Source: Promethearchaeota archaeon
GTDB lineage: Archaea; Asgardarchaeota; Lokiarchaeia; Sigyniarchaeales; SOKP01
NCBI GenBank assembly: GCA_016840165.1
Contig: JAEOSU010000070.1
Span: 14,051 to 78,050 of the forward strand
Direction of reading: 5' to 3'
DNA: 64,000 nt
Shown here: piece after piece, positions 39,942 through 50,716 of the stretch
Position numbering within the stretch: the stretch's first letter is position 1
How the letters are laid out: each line of letters begins with the position of its first letter
Program-made: the position numbers and the translations under genes
Notes under the pieces: model-generated
What the model saw: only the letters and a program-made list of their open reading frames with translations
Told to the model about the DNA's origin: nothing
The model's database searches: none

Positions 39942-41522
39942 TTAAAAAAAGTATACTTTCCTTTTTTGTGGTATTATAATATTACTTGAGAGCCCAAATT
40001 CCTTGAAGGTTTCTGGATTTTCAGTATGGACGGGAATAATGCTATCAGGCTGAATTGATGATAATGTATGGATCAGATCATCAACATTAACATGACCAGA
40101 AGAATGGATAGTTTCTGTTTTAATAACTCCAAATTTATTTAACCATGCATTTAATTTCTTTTCTTGGATGACCATCTCTTCATTAAACGGATCTGTAGTC
40201 GAATTAATAAATAAAATAGAATCTTTTCTCTGATCCAGGTCAATTAATTCATTCATCATAAAATAATCTAAATACATTAGATATTTTTCTGGTTCTACCT
40301 TAATATTTTTGTGATTAATGTAATTTCCATCATTTAATATATTGCGTTCATACTTCTTATAATCTTGCGACTCAAATCTGCCCCAACCTTTCCTTGGTAA
40401 ATATACAGATAAATAATCATCATTATATTCCGGAATATCATAATTTTTATAAAACTCATTAATTTCATTCTCCCCAAAGGTGGCAAGCTTCTTTTTAAAC
40501 CATTCAAGATATATATGAATCTTTGGAGTAATAGCAAGGATTCTGTTGTTTTTTTTTGCTAATTCATAATATAATAAAATTCTATCAAGATTTCTTGATG
40601 GACAATTAAACAAAATTAAATCATCATGATGACCTATTAATTCTCCTGAAATTCTCTTTACTTCATCTTCAGATTGGGAATCATCCTCAAAATCATCACT
40701 CTTATATTTATCTATAGAAGGGACTCTTGTTCCTTCACTAATAATGGCTATTGGATTAGATTTTTTAGCGGCTATAATAAAATTTTCGACCCATTCTTGA
40801 TGCATTCCGTGTCTTCTAAAATCTCCTGTATAAATAATGCTTCTCCCATCTTCTTCAATAATATAAGCGCAAGATCCTGGAATGGAATGATCAACTAAAT
40901 ATTGAGTAATGATTACTTTCCCATTAACAGTATTGAATGATTTTTGTTCTCCTGGGTTTATGATATTAATATTTCGTGTAATATCTTGCTTTTTATAATC
41001 ACCTTTTCGAGCTCTTTTATATTCAATTTCGCCATTGGCTGTTTTCTTTTTAGGGACAAGTTTAAATGCTTCATAAAAATGTAGCATATTAGGTACCAAT
41101 GGATTTGATGAAGACTCATCTAAATAGTCTAATATGGATTCTGTTAGCCAATTAATATATATTGGTGTATTTTGTTTAAAAAAGCCTAAAAACATACAAT
41201 GATCAAGATGAGCATGTGTTAAAAAAGAAGCATCAATTAAGTTGTCTTTTGAAGGAACTATATTATATTTTCCTTTCATTAATTTCTCTTTAAAGGGGTT
41301 AATAAAATCATTTCGATATATTTTATTAATCGCTGGGATGAGTCCGAGATATAAATAATCAATTATACCATTTAGCTTTCGTGGATTTAAGAAAGTTGAG
41401 AAGTATTGATTCATGTCACGAAATGATAATCCAAAGTCAAAACAAAATGTCTTTTCACCGCTTTTAATAAAGATTTTATTTCCTCCAATCTCATTGATGC
41501 CACCATAAAAGGAGATCTGCAT
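39942..41522 (-). CDS. RNase J-like beta-CASP metallo-beta-lactamase
   Basis: GGINEIGGNK, THAHLDH, DHSIPG, YTGDFR, SEGT, HSSGH, PVHTE. Confidence 0.85.
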   Translation of the reverse strand: MQISFYGGINEIGGNKIFIKSGEKTFCFDFGLSFRDMNQYFSTFLNPRKLNGIIDYLYLGLIPAINKIYRNDFINPFKEKLMKGKYNIVPSKDNLIDASFLTHAHLDHCMFLGFFKQNTPIYINWLTESILDYLDESSSNPLVPNMLHFYEAFKLVPKKKTANGEIEYKRARKGDYKKQDITRNINIINPGEQKSFNTVNGKVIITQYLVDHSIPGSCAYIIEEDGRSIIYTGDFRRHGMHQEWVENFIIAAKKSNPIAIISEGTRVPSIDKYKSDDFEDDSQSEDEVKRISGELIGHHDDLILFNCPSRNLDRILLYYELAKKNNRILAITPKIHIYLEWFKKKLATFGENEINEFYKNYDIPEYNDDYLSVYLPRKGWGRFESQDYKKYERNILNDGNYINHKNIKVEPEKYLMYLDYFMMNELIDLDQRKDSILFINSTTDPFNEEMVIQEKKLNAWLNKFGVIKTETIHSSGHVNVDDLIHTLSSIQPDSIIPVHTENPETFKEFGLSSNIIIPQKRKVYFF

Positions 41523-41634
41523 AAATATGGACCCAATAATTGAGTTTTTGATTGAACGTAATTTTGTTCTTTCTTAATTAATTATTACTAATACCAATTT
41601 AAAAGTACATGGTTTACATCAAAAGAGATATTAA

Positions 41635-42822
41635 TTAAAATAAGAAAATTATAACGTAAATTAGCAATAGGAAGATAAAACATAGAAGAGCAGGTACATA
41701 AAGAATTTTAATGACCTTCTTATAATTTGTTTTGTAATAATTAGTACTATAGGCTACACATGGATGGATGGGAGTAATTAAGTATCCTAAAAAGATAGAA
41801 CAATATAGGAAAATTAATTCCATTATAGGCATGGGAAATATTGCATATTGCACTAAATAAATTGGGATTAATATTGATAATGGAAGCTGGATGCGACCTG
41901 TTGCAAATCCCAGGAAAAATCCAATTAAGATAAATAGAAAAAAGGATAGATTAAGACTACCGATTTCATTAGCTACACCTGATCTAATGAAAATCTCCAA
42001 AAACCAAAACATAGCAAAAATTAAGAGTGGAAATCTCCATATTTTCATTTTTTTTGCGATTTTACTAATTTTTCTTATTTTCATATTCGAAAATTTCAAT
42101 CCGATTACTATACTTATACATAATCCGATAACTAAGAAAATTTCTGGCACAATTTGAGGAAAAAATGTTCTCCCGATGAAATCTATAATAGGAGCAATGA
42201 TAATGGGAAGAGAATTATGAAAAACTCTTTTTAAATCACGATGAAACACCTCTTCATAGCTATCAACCTTTCTTACTAATGTATAATACCCTATAAAGAT
42301 CATAATAATAAATGGAGGAAGGAGAAAAATAAATAATGAGTAAAGCGATATTCCTGTCAATACACTCGCAACTATCATCGCCGAAGATATTGGATAAATA
42401 AAAATTAGAACATGGCGAAACCATACGTTTATTGCTACTTTTTTATTTACGTCTAATTCAGTATCGATTTGTTCGAGAATGGGAGCAGACATTAAAGCTC
42501 CTCCTGCAACCGGTAAAAGCCCAAAAAATGCTGGGATCAACATTATCGATAACTTTTTTGAGAGATTCATCTTTTGAACCAATTCGAGCATCAATCCAGA
42601 TTCTTCCATGATTCCCCCTAAAATTGGGATTAATATCACCGCAATTGCTAAAAAGATAATCGAAAGATCAGTAAATATTGAAACTAATGAAGCAAATATA
42701 TCAATTTGGGTCAATATAGCAAAAGTAAAGGCCCCAATAGTTAATATAATGCTTAATTCATATTTTGAAAATATTAAAATGCATAAAATAATAATTAAGA
42801 AACTTAACCAAGCAGGTATCAC
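41635..42822 (-). CDS. DUF401-family membrane protein
   Basis: PAFFGLLPVAGGALMSAP, NVWFRH, GYLITPIHPC. Confidence 0.8.
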   Translation of the reverse strand: MIPAWLSFLIIILCILIFSKYELSIILTIGAFTFAILTQIDIFASLVSIFTDLSIIFLAIAVILIPILGGIMEESGLMLELVQKMNLSKKLSIMLIPAFFGLLPVAGGALMSAPILEQIDTELDVNKKVAINVWFRHVLIFIYPISSAMIVASVLTGISLYSLFIFLLPPFIIMIFIGYYTLVRKVDSYEEVFHRDLKRVFHNSLPIIIAPIIDFIGRTFFPQIVPEIFLVIGLCISIVIGLKFSNMKIRKISKIAKKMKIWRFPLLIFAMFWFLEIFIRSGVANEIGSLNLSFFLFILIGFFLGFATGRIQLPLSILIPIYLVQYAIFPMPIMELIFLYCSIFLGYLITPIHPCVAYSTNYYKTNYKKVIKILYVPALLCFIFLLLIYVIIFLF

Positions 42823-42927
42823 TATTGAAGTAATATTTAATACTATAAAAATTAAATTTCTTAAAAATCAGAAAGCAATTAATCCCCTTTATCTTGGAAA
42901 TTTTTACTAAATCTAAATTTTGTTAGT

Positions 42928-43284
42928 CTAAAAATAGCCAAGGTGTCCTAAATTCTTTCCATTCTCATCCAAGATATAGACTATACCAAGCGAAAGTATA
43001 TTTTCTTCATCATCAGATTTTTTGGGTTTCGCTACCCTTTTTAGTGTCTCAAGTTTTAAAATATAGGTTCCGTTACATTTTTTACATTTGATATGAATCT
43101 TTTTGGTTGTCTTCTCCTCGTCCTCTGATTCTTCTATCTTAAAAGGCTCAAGTAAATTTACATCTTCATTATCACAATTGGGTAAAAAACATTGATCCAA
43201 GGATATTTTTTCCATTCCTCTTCGAGCTAGTGAAATATAAGCATAACTAGGAATTTCTTGCCTTAAATCATTATAATCATCCAT
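42928..43284 (-). CDS. Small putative Zn-binding hypothetical protein
   Basis: CFLPNC and CKKC pairs; ends LGYF. Confidence 0.6.
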   Translation of the reverse strand: MDDYNDLRQEIPSYAYISLARRGMEKISLDQCFLPNCDNEDVNLLEPFKIEESEDEEKTTKKIHIKCKKCNGTYILKLETLKRVAKPKKSDDEENILSLGIVYILDENGKNLGHLGYF

Positions 43285-43425
43285 AGGTTAGAAAAAGGAT
43301 GTGAGTTTTTAATTGTTATTATTATAAAAAAATATATAGAAGAATAGAAACGTAAATATAAAAAAGCTTAATTGGAACAAATTACTATTTTTTTGATAGA
43401 TATAACTACCCCAGTTAAGTAAAAG

Positions 43426-43734
43426 ATGAATAAAAAAGAACTATCTGAAGACATATTGGATTACATTTCCAAATTAGCTCTTATAGAACTAAACGAGGAA
43501 GAGAAAGAAGAGTTCATTCTTCAATTAGAAAAGATACTACAGTATTTTAAGCAGTTAAATGATCTGAATACGGATAACGTTGAACCTACCAGACATCCAA
43601 TTGATGACTTAAATAATGTTTTTCGTGAAGATGTCGCTGGGGAATCACTTTCTACTGAAGAAGCTTTGAAAAATGCGAAATACAGCAAGGATGGGTATTT
43701 TAAAGCCCCTAGAGTGTTAAAAGATAAAAGTTAA
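43426..43734 (+). CDS. gatC: Asp-tRNA(Asn)/Glu-tRNA(Gln) amidotransferase subunit C
   Basis: KLALIEL, NVFRED, ALKNA..DGYFKAPRV. Confidence 0.9.
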   Translation: MNKKELSEDILDYISKLALIELNEEEKEEFILQLEKILQYFKQLNDLNTDNVEPTRHPIDDLNNVFREDVAGESLSTEEALKNAKYSKDGYFKAPRVLKDKS

Positions 43735-44729
43735 TCAGCATATTCCTTATTTAATAATTCAATGGCTTTTTCCATATCTTTTAACGCCTTCTTTCTTTCT
43801 TTAGGAGTCATGTTATAAAAATCTTCTTCTAAATCAGTCCCTATTTTTTGGGATTCAGCTATCGGTTTAAACTTTTTATAAACTAAAGCATTAATATATC
43901 GTTCATAATGTCCCAATGCTTTATTGAGTTCAGGGTTATCTTTGATATTATCCCATAATTCTAACGTCTCTAATGACCGTATACCTATATCAATTCGGAA
44001 CCAAGAAATTGGAAATAATAATTTCTTTTTAATTCCATATTCTATAATTTTTATATTTTCCTCATCGATATACATCTCAGCAATCTCATCCTTACTGAAA
44101 ACAATATTATCACTCATAATGTAAAGATTTGCTGCATTTCTGGAAGTACATACAATCCCAACCGCAAATCCTTTTGCTAATCTAAGTTTATTAATTAAGT
44201 CCTCAAGTTGAGACCCTTTTATGTGTACATTGTTTTTTTTAGTGCCTTGGAACTCAATCTTTATTTTACTTATACCTTCTTGATCTAGGATCTTTGGAAA
44301 AAGCTCTTTTTCTCTTGATCGTTTATGAGCATCCAATAATTTATTGATAATTGAATAATCCAGTTTTAATTCAGGAATCACCGTATGCTTTTCATCCATA
44401 AATGCATCCACTTCAAAATCGACAACTCCATAGAAAATTTTGCGGTTGTTAATTATTTGATATATAGTTTTTACGATGACATCTACAAGAGCTTCGGGAT
44501 CTTCACGAATGGAATCAAACTCAGTAGTCATAAATGTGTCTATTTGATCCTCTAGTCCCTCCTCTTCATAAAACGCAGCCCAAGACATTTCGGTGTAAAT
44601 ATTTCCTTCATTAAAAAAATTATGATCTCTATCAATACTTATTATCGATTTTGAGCCACCAATTTCTACCCCTTTTTTTGTACCGGATGCTAAAATTGCA
44701 GAAGGAGGATTAAAGAATTCTATCGACAC
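43731..44729 (-). CDS. Hypothetical protein
   Basis: 332-aa ORF, GTG start; no family recognised. Confidence 0.7.
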   Translation of the reverse strand: MSIEFFNPPSAILASGTKKGVEIGGSKSIISIDRDHNFFNEGNIYTEMSWAAFYEEEGLEDQIDTFMTTEFDSIREDPEALVDVIVKTIYQIINNRKIFYGVVDFEVDAFMDEKHTVIPELKLDYSIINKLLDAHKRSREKELFPKILDQEGISKIKIEFQGTKKNNVHIKGSQLEDLINKLRLAKGFAVGIVCTSRNAANLYIMSDNIVFSKDEIAEMYIDEENIKIIEYGIKKKLLFPISWFRIDIGIRSLETLELWDNIKDNPELNKALGHYERYINALVYKKFKPIAESQKIGTDLEEDFYNMTPKERKKALKDMEKAIELLNKEYAD

Positions 44730-44818
44730 AATATATTCACGATCAAGTTTATTAATTAATAGTAGATTCTCATTTTAAATTTAGAGTTTTTGATTAATGC
44801 ACATAAATTAGAGAATGC

Positions 44819-47455
44819 TCATTCATTGAATGATAATCGAACAATAAAGGTAGATCCTTTGTTCTTTCCTTCAGATTTGACTTCAATTGTGCCGCCATGC
44901 AATTCAATAATTTCTTTTGCAAGATGAAGTCCTAATCCTGTACTTCCTAATTGATTATCCAATTCCTTATCTAATGGGGTTTGTATTTTACTAAATTTTT
45001 TAAATAATCTTCCTATTTCATTTGTGGTTAAACCAATTCCTGTATCTTTGACTTGAATTTCAGCATAATCATCATTTTCCTTCAAAGTTATATGAATAGT
45101 CCCTTTTTTCGGAGTGTATTTTATCGCATTGGTTAAAAGGTTCATAATGACTAATTCTATTCGAGATTCGTCTAAGTTTAGAAATAAATTATCAGGCATA
45201 TCTAAGATAAGGTTATACTCACCCCTTTTAAAAAAGTAGGTTAATTCCTTCACACATTCTGAAATTAATTGACTCAAATTAGCATTACGCTTATCGAGGG
45301 TAAATTTTTTAGATTCTATACGTGATACGTCTAAAAGTTCATCTACCAGTTTTTTTAGCCGCTTAGTGCTATTAATAGCCATATCAAAAATTTCTTGAGC
45401 TTCTTGACTTAATTCATGTCGGTATAAACTATCAAGCAACTGATATGCACCATAGATCGTGGTAATTGGAGTCTTTAATTCATGTGAAGCTTTATCAATA
45501 AAATCTTTTCTCATCTCATCTAATTCTTTTAAACCTTGCTCTGCTTTTTTCTTTTCAGATATATTATGCATCATTATGATGATAAAGGGTTTATTGTCAA
45601 TTTTAACAAAGGAGGATTCAATATTGACCCATATTTTTATTCCATCTTTTCTAATCAATTTGATATCAAGGGGAGGTATCGAAATACCCTTAGAAATTTT
45701 CTCAAGCCTCTCTAGTAACATAGGGATATATTCAGGGGATACAACGGGTAAATTTTTATATTTTTTACCAATCAACTCTTCTCTGCTATAACCAATTAAG
45801 TTTTGCAGAGAGGGATTGAAATCTACAATCCTCCCTGAGGTTTCGATTAACAAGATGGCAAAAGGGGAATTCTGGAATAAAAATCGATATTTTTCCTCTG
45901 ATTCTCTTAATCTTTCCTGAGCTTCCTTTCTGTCACTAATATCAATGAAAGAAATAAGAAATGCTGGTTTTTCTTCATATAAAATAATTTTATAGTATAC
46001 ATCTACCCAGATTGTATTTCCTTCCTTAGTTATTCCTCGAGCTTCATAATGTTGGGAATAACTTTTATCATTATATTCAATGGAGGTAGCTAAGCTAATG
46101 ATTTGTTTTTTATCCTCGGGATGAATGGTTTTAAAGAACTCACCTTTCTTCCAATTTAATAATTCTTCAACATCATAACCAAGTAAATTTGCTAGATTTT
46201 TATTAACATATTTAACAACTTCATCTTGGATAATACAAATACCCATTAACGATTGATCTGCTATTGTCCTAAACTTTTCTTCTGATTCTTTTATCTTATT
46301 TTCTGCTTCCTTCATGTCAGAAATATCATGAATAACGCTTCGAATTCCAACGATCTCTTCTCCCTTATAAATAGGCGTTGCATAAATGCTTGAATAGAAG
46401 GTACTCCCATCTTTTTTTCTTAACTTGTATGTTTGGGCTTCTAGGATCTCGCCTTTAAATAATTTTTTCAATACATTCTCAACAAGACTCCTTTCTTCGG
46501 GGATGACAAAATCATAAACCGTTAAACCTTTTTTAAAATCCTCATGGCTGTAACCGAATATTTTAGAGGCAATAGAATTTGTATATATTAAATTATAATC
46601 AGTATCAAGTTCAAAAACAACCTCCAACAATGAATCCGTTAGATCTCTATATCGTTCTTTTGATTCTCGTAATATTTCAGCGTGTTTTTTTCGCTCTGAT
46701 ATATCTCTAGTGACTAATAAGAATTTTATATTTCCCTCATCATCTTTATACAGTTTTCCGCTAGTTTCAGTCCATATATATTCGCCGTTTTTGTTCTTAA
46801 TTCTTACTTCAATCATCCGTGCATTTCCATCATAAGCTTCCTTAAATGTGGTTAATACCTTTTCTTTATCATCAGGATGAATTAAATTAAGAGAATTAAT
46901 ACCAATTAAATCCTTGTTTTTATAACTCATTGTTTTAAAGTGTATATCCTCGTTAATGTATTCAATCTGCATTTTAGAATTAACGACAGTTATCATTTCA
47001 CTGACATTTTTGGTTAATAATCGATAATTTTCCTCAGATTTGCGCAGTTTAATTTCTAAAGACTTTCTCAGAGTTATATCTTGAGATAAAACTTGTATTA
47101 AGGTTTGATTTTCTAACTTTACTAATGAGCTTATGCTGCTAATCCATAATCGTTTATTACTACGTGTGACAATCTGCATTTCTAATGGACCAACAGATTG
47201 CCCCTTAAGTAGATTATTGAATAAATTTTTTAATTCTGAAGGTGTTCTTTCGGGAATTAATCCTAGTTTTAAATAATGAGTACCAATAAGTTGTTTTCTA
47301 TCTAATTCGCATAATTGCTCAGTTGCAGAATTAACATCAATAATCTGACCATTAAGATCTAATAATGTAATTGAGATTGGAGATTTTTCAAAAATTAATC
47401 GAAAAATTTCACTGTGATTCTTTTGATTAAGGTGATTTTTTTCTGGAATTGACAC
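44819..47455 (-). CDS. Cytoplasmic multi-PAS sensor histidine kinase
   Basis: Five PAS/PAC repeats ending (D/N)I(T/S); SHELKTP H-box, NAIKY, DTGIG, GLGL. Confidence 0.95.
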   Translation of the reverse strand: MSIPEKNHLNQKNHSEIFRLIFEKSPISITLLDLNGQIIDVNSATEQLCELDRKQLIGTHYLKLGLIPERTPSELKNLFNNLLKGQSVGPLEMQIVTRSNKRLWISSISSLVKLENQTLIQVLSQDITLRKSLEIKLRKSEENYRLLTKNVSEMITVVNSKMQIEYINEDIHFKTMSYKNKDLIGINSLNLIHPDDKEKVLTTFKEAYDGNARMIEVRIKNKNGEYIWTETSGKLYKDDEGNIKFLLVTRDISERKKHAEILRESKERYRDLTDSLLEVVFELDTDYNLIYTNSIASKIFGYSHEDFKKGLTVYDFVIPEERSLVENVLKKLFKGEILEAQTYKLRKKDGSTFYSSIYATPIYKGEEIVGIRSVIHDISDMKEAENKIKESEEKFRTIADQSLMGICIIQDEVVKYVNKNLANLLGYDVEELLNWKKGEFFKTIHPEDKKQIISLATSIEYNDKSYSQHYEARGITKEGNTIWVDVYYKIILYEEKPAFLISFIDISDRKEAQERLRESEEKYRFLFQNSPFAILLIETSGRIVDFNPSLQNLIGYSREELIGKKYKNLPVVSPEYIPMLLERLEKISKGISIPPLDIKLIRKDGIKIWVNIESSFVKIDNKPFIIIMMHNISEKKKAEQGLKELDEMRKDFIDKASHELKTPITTIYGAYQLLDSLYRHELSQEAQEIFDMAINSTKRLKKLVDELLDVSRIESKKFTLDKRNANLSQLISECVKELTYFFKRGEYNLILDMPDNLFLNLDESRIELVIMNLLTNAIKYTPKKGTIHITLKENDDYAEIQVKDTGIGLTTNEIGRLFKKFSKIQTPLDKELDNQLGSTGLGLHLAKEIIELHGGTIEVKSEGKNKGSTFIVRLSFNE

Positions 47456-47616
47456 AATTAAAGCCTTTTTTAATGGTAAGATTATTTATCATAAATTAGG
47501 TTTTTAATTTATTTAATAAATTAAAAAAAAACTTTTTTTTTAATGTTCGCACTTTTTATGAAGTTTGTTATAATAAGCAATTTTTAAATTAAAAATAAAA
47601 ATAGACATTATGGAAA

Positions 47617-49137
47617 TTAGGTTGAGTTATTTAACCTTTCTCTTCGATATCGAGCATAATTACAGAGTATATTCAAGTTTTTGGTAGGCAAATCCCACAA
47701 TTCAAATATTGGAATGTCATGGGAGATAAACTTCTGAAACCATGGATATTTATAAGGGAGGGGGCCTGCATAATATACGGGAATTGAAAATTTTTTCATT
47801 AAACGTTTGATAGGTTTAAGTACTGCTCTTTCTATCATCAGGTTAATTCCTTTCATTTTTTCATCTAAAATCATGCCCGATTGCTCCATCGTATCTAAAA
47901 CTTCATCAAAATCAAAAACTCCATACACTATTATGGCATCAACTTCTCCAGATTTCATTACAAGTTTCGGTAGTTTATATAGAAGATTAACAAAATTAAC
48001 ATCAAAAGTGACATCAATAGGATTATTAGCACTTGCAGTTGGTGGTATTATTTCAAATATCGTGTTTTTTAATTCCCGTGAAAACTCTGGTACACTTAGA
48101 CCATATAGTTCTGCAGTTTTAGCCATCATGCTTCCACTTCCACCTGAATCTGTAACTATTCCAACTTTATTACCTTTTGGAAAGATATTATACTCTTGAG
48201 CAAAAGAGAGTGTTCTGAGGTAATGCAAAAAATCCATTATGGAATTTGTGGAGATTATACCAGAACTGTCAAACACAGCCTTTACTATTTTCTCGTTTGC
48301 TCCTAATGAACCTGTATGGCTCATAATCGATCGTGAAGCTGCCTTAGTACCACCCGCATACATCGCAACTATTGGTTTCTTGGGAGTTATCTTTTTTGTC
48401 ATATCAATAAATTCTTTACCCCGCTTAATCTCTTCAATATAAAGCCCAATTACTTGTGTATATCCATCATCTTTAAAATATTCTAAAAAGTCAACTAGAT
48501 CAATATTCCTTTCATTACCAACAGAGATAGATTTACTAATTTTAACGCCGATTTCTTTTGCATGCCAGAAGGTTTGGGCTGCAATAGTACCCGACTGACT
48601 AATAATAGAAATATTGCCTCTCTTTGGAATCATATACGGCCAGAAAGTATTAATGAATGCCTCCTTTTTCTCAGGATAGCGATACCATGCATTATAGATC
48701 CCCAGGCAATTTGGTCCGATAAACCTCATATTATATTTCTTTGCGATCTGGTCAAGTTTATTTGATAGTTCAATTCCTTCAGTTCCTATTTCCCTAAAAC
48801 CTCCAGATGTGATTAAAAGACGTTTAATTCCCTTTTGACCACACTCTTCCATTACTTCTATAACGGCTTTTGGTGGTAATATTAAGAATGCAAAATCAGG
48901 AATAACTGGAACATCAAATACAGATTTATACGCCTTATATCCTTGGATTATTTCTAATCGCGGATGGATAGGATAGATCTCCTGAATTCCCTTCCCTGCA
49001 CGAATATTTCTTAATTGCATCGAACCCATGGTACTCATTAGATTATTATTTGCTCCAAATATAGCAATACTCTTTGGATTTAAAAAGGAATATAAAAAAT
49101 GATCTTTATTGGGCAAAATTTGTTCGGACTTTGACAT
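47617..49137 (-). CDS. ADP-forming acyl-CoA synthetase, alpha (CoA-binding) subunit
   Basis: PKSIAIFGA, GGFRE, GPNCLG, SQSG, SHTGSL, NPIDVT. Confidence 0.9.
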   Translation of the reverse strand: MSKSEQILPNKDHFLYSFLNPKSIAIFGANNNLMSTMGSMQLRNIRAGKGIQEIYPIHPRLEIIQGYKAYKSVFDVPVIPDFAFLILPPKAVIEVMEECGQKGIKRLLITSGGFREIGTEGIELSNKLDQIAKKYNMRFIGPNCLGIYNAWYRYPEKKEAFINTFWPYMIPKRGNISIISQSGTIAAQTFWHAKEIGVKISKSISVGNERNIDLVDFLEYFKDDGYTQVIGLYIEEIKRGKEFIDMTKKITPKKPIVAMYAGGTKAASRSIMSHTGSLGANEKIVKAVFDSSGIISTNSIMDFLHYLRTLSFAQEYNIFPKGNKVGIVTDSGGSGSMMAKTAELYGLSVPEFSRELKNTIFEIIPPTASANNPIDVTFDVNFVNLLYKLPKLVMKSGEVDAIIVYGVFDFDEVLDTMEQSGMILDEKMKGINLMIERAVLKPIKRLMKKFSIPVYYAGPLPYKYPWFQKFISHDIPIFELWDLPTKNLNILCNYARYRRERLNNST

Positions 49138-49281
49138 GGTTCAAGAAATTATTTCCATATTTATTAAAATGCATACAAATGCATCAGAAATTAAGATGTA
49201 GAATTAAGTAAAGAATTTGAATGTTATTTTATTTCTGATATAAATTTAGAGAGAAAAAAGAGAGTTTTTGAGTACTTTCAC

Positions 49282-49812
49282 TCATGATTTACCCGTTGAT
49301 CCGAAACCTCCTAATCCTCGATCGGATGTGGGTAAATTTTCTGTTGAGACAAATTCATAATCAAATAGTTTTCCCAGAATTAATTGGCAAATACGGTCTC
49401 CTTTTTTGAGTGAGACCTCTTTATTTGATAAATTAACCACAATAGCCATCCACTCATTTCTATAACCAGAATCAATAGTTCCCGGGCTATTTACAATCGA
49501 AATACCTTCCCATAGTGCTAATCCACTTCGAGGTACTACTTTAAAGTAATAGCCCTCTGGAATGGCAGTTGAAAAACCAAGTAAACATCCAACTCTCTCA
49601 AGTGGTTTTAGAACATATATTTCACTAGTAATCTCGATTAATTCTTTTTTATCTCCTTCAGAGATTATTTCTTTAAAACCCATAATTCGGGCATCTACAC
49701 CTGCATCTCCTGGTTTTGAAAATTTAGGGGTTTTTACTTCATTATTCAATTTTTTGAAGGGAATTTTTAATTTTTCATTTTTTTCCTGGTTAATCTTATT
49801 TTTCTCATTCAT
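49282..49812 (-). CDS. dut: Trimeric dUTPase
   Basis: DAGVD, PRSGLA, GTIDSGYR, RICQL, RGLGGFGSTG. Confidence 0.95.
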   Translation of the reverse strand: MNEKNKINQEKNEKLKIPFKKLNNEVKTPKFSKPGDAGVDARIMGFKEIISEGDKKELIEITSEIYVLKPLERVGCLLGFSTAIPEGYYFKVVPRSGLALWEGISIVNSPGTIDSGYRNEWMAIVVNLSNKEVSLKKGDRICQLILGKLFDYEFVSTENLPTSDRGLGGFGSTGKS

Positions 49813-49923
49813 TTAACTTCGATTTCATTTATTTATCAAATCTAATTAAGACTTTTTATTAAAGCTTAATTAATATATTAAAGAAAAAATATTATAAAAT
49901 ATATCAAAGTCTAATGAAGAATC

Positions 49924-50379
49924 ATGATAGTGATTGATAGATATGATCCACGAGTGGATAGAGATGCTTTGAAAGAGATCTTTGATGATTTCATTAAAAA
50001 TAAAAGCTTTTTCTTCTCTCACTGGCAAAAATTTGAACAAGAATTAAACAAACGGGTATTAGATTTACTATATAGAAATTCTATGATTGTAGCAAAAGAG
50101 GAAGGCAAAGTAGTAGGGTGGGGCACTTATACATCTTTCAAAGATTATTTAGGGAATGAGTGGGCTATTGTTCATCAAGTCTTAACCAAAAAAGAAGATT
50201 CCTATAAAAAAGGAATCGAAGAATTAATTATCCGCGAACTACAGCTTTATATAAAAAAAACTCTTAAAATAGATAAAGTGTATTATTTCTGTCCGGATTC
50301 GGATTCGGCTTTACGGAGTGTATTCATGAAGATTGGCATTAAAAAATCTAAATACATACTTTATGAAAATACGATTTAA
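49924..50379 (+). CDS. GNAT-fold protein
   Basis: IVAKEEGKVVGW..KKGIEELII..FMKIG. Confidence 0.6.
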   Translation: MIVIDRYDPRVDRDALKEIFDDFIKNKSFFFSHWQKFEQELNKRVLDLLYRNSMIVAKEEGKVVGWGTYTSFKDYLGNEWAIVHQVLTKKEDSYKKGIEELIIRELQLYIKKTLKIDKVYYFCPDSDSALRSVFMKIGIKKSKYILYENTI

Positions 50380-50407
50380 ATTATGAAATCGATTTATTAT
50401 TATTATC

Positions 50408-50515
50408 CTATTTCTTAAGCAATCGGTTATGGATAATACAACAGATAATAATTATTATTAATATTACTACACCCGCAAGAATATACCCCCCAAAAGCCTC
50501 TATTATATCAACCAA
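50408..50515 (-). CDS. Putative 35-aa single-TM microprotein
   Basis: Not in the ORF track. TTG start: MVDIIEAFGGYILAGVVILIIIIICCIIHNRLLKK, with a basic tail and a GTGA upstream. Confidence 0.4.
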   Translation of the reverse strand: MVDIIEAFGGYILAGVVILIIIIICCIIHNRLLKK

Positions 50516-50716
50516 TCTATTTCACTTTTTTAGTCCTTTTGGAACTTATTTCAATCTATAAAATTAGTTTAAAATATAAGTATATTTAAAATTATTTTTA
50601 ATGTAACAAATTTATCAAAAAATTAAGTAAGAAAAAAGAAAAAAACAAAAATTTAAGTAATTTTGGGTCGTTTTTTAATTTAATTTTGCGTAGATTACTT
50701 CCGATCGCTAAATTTC

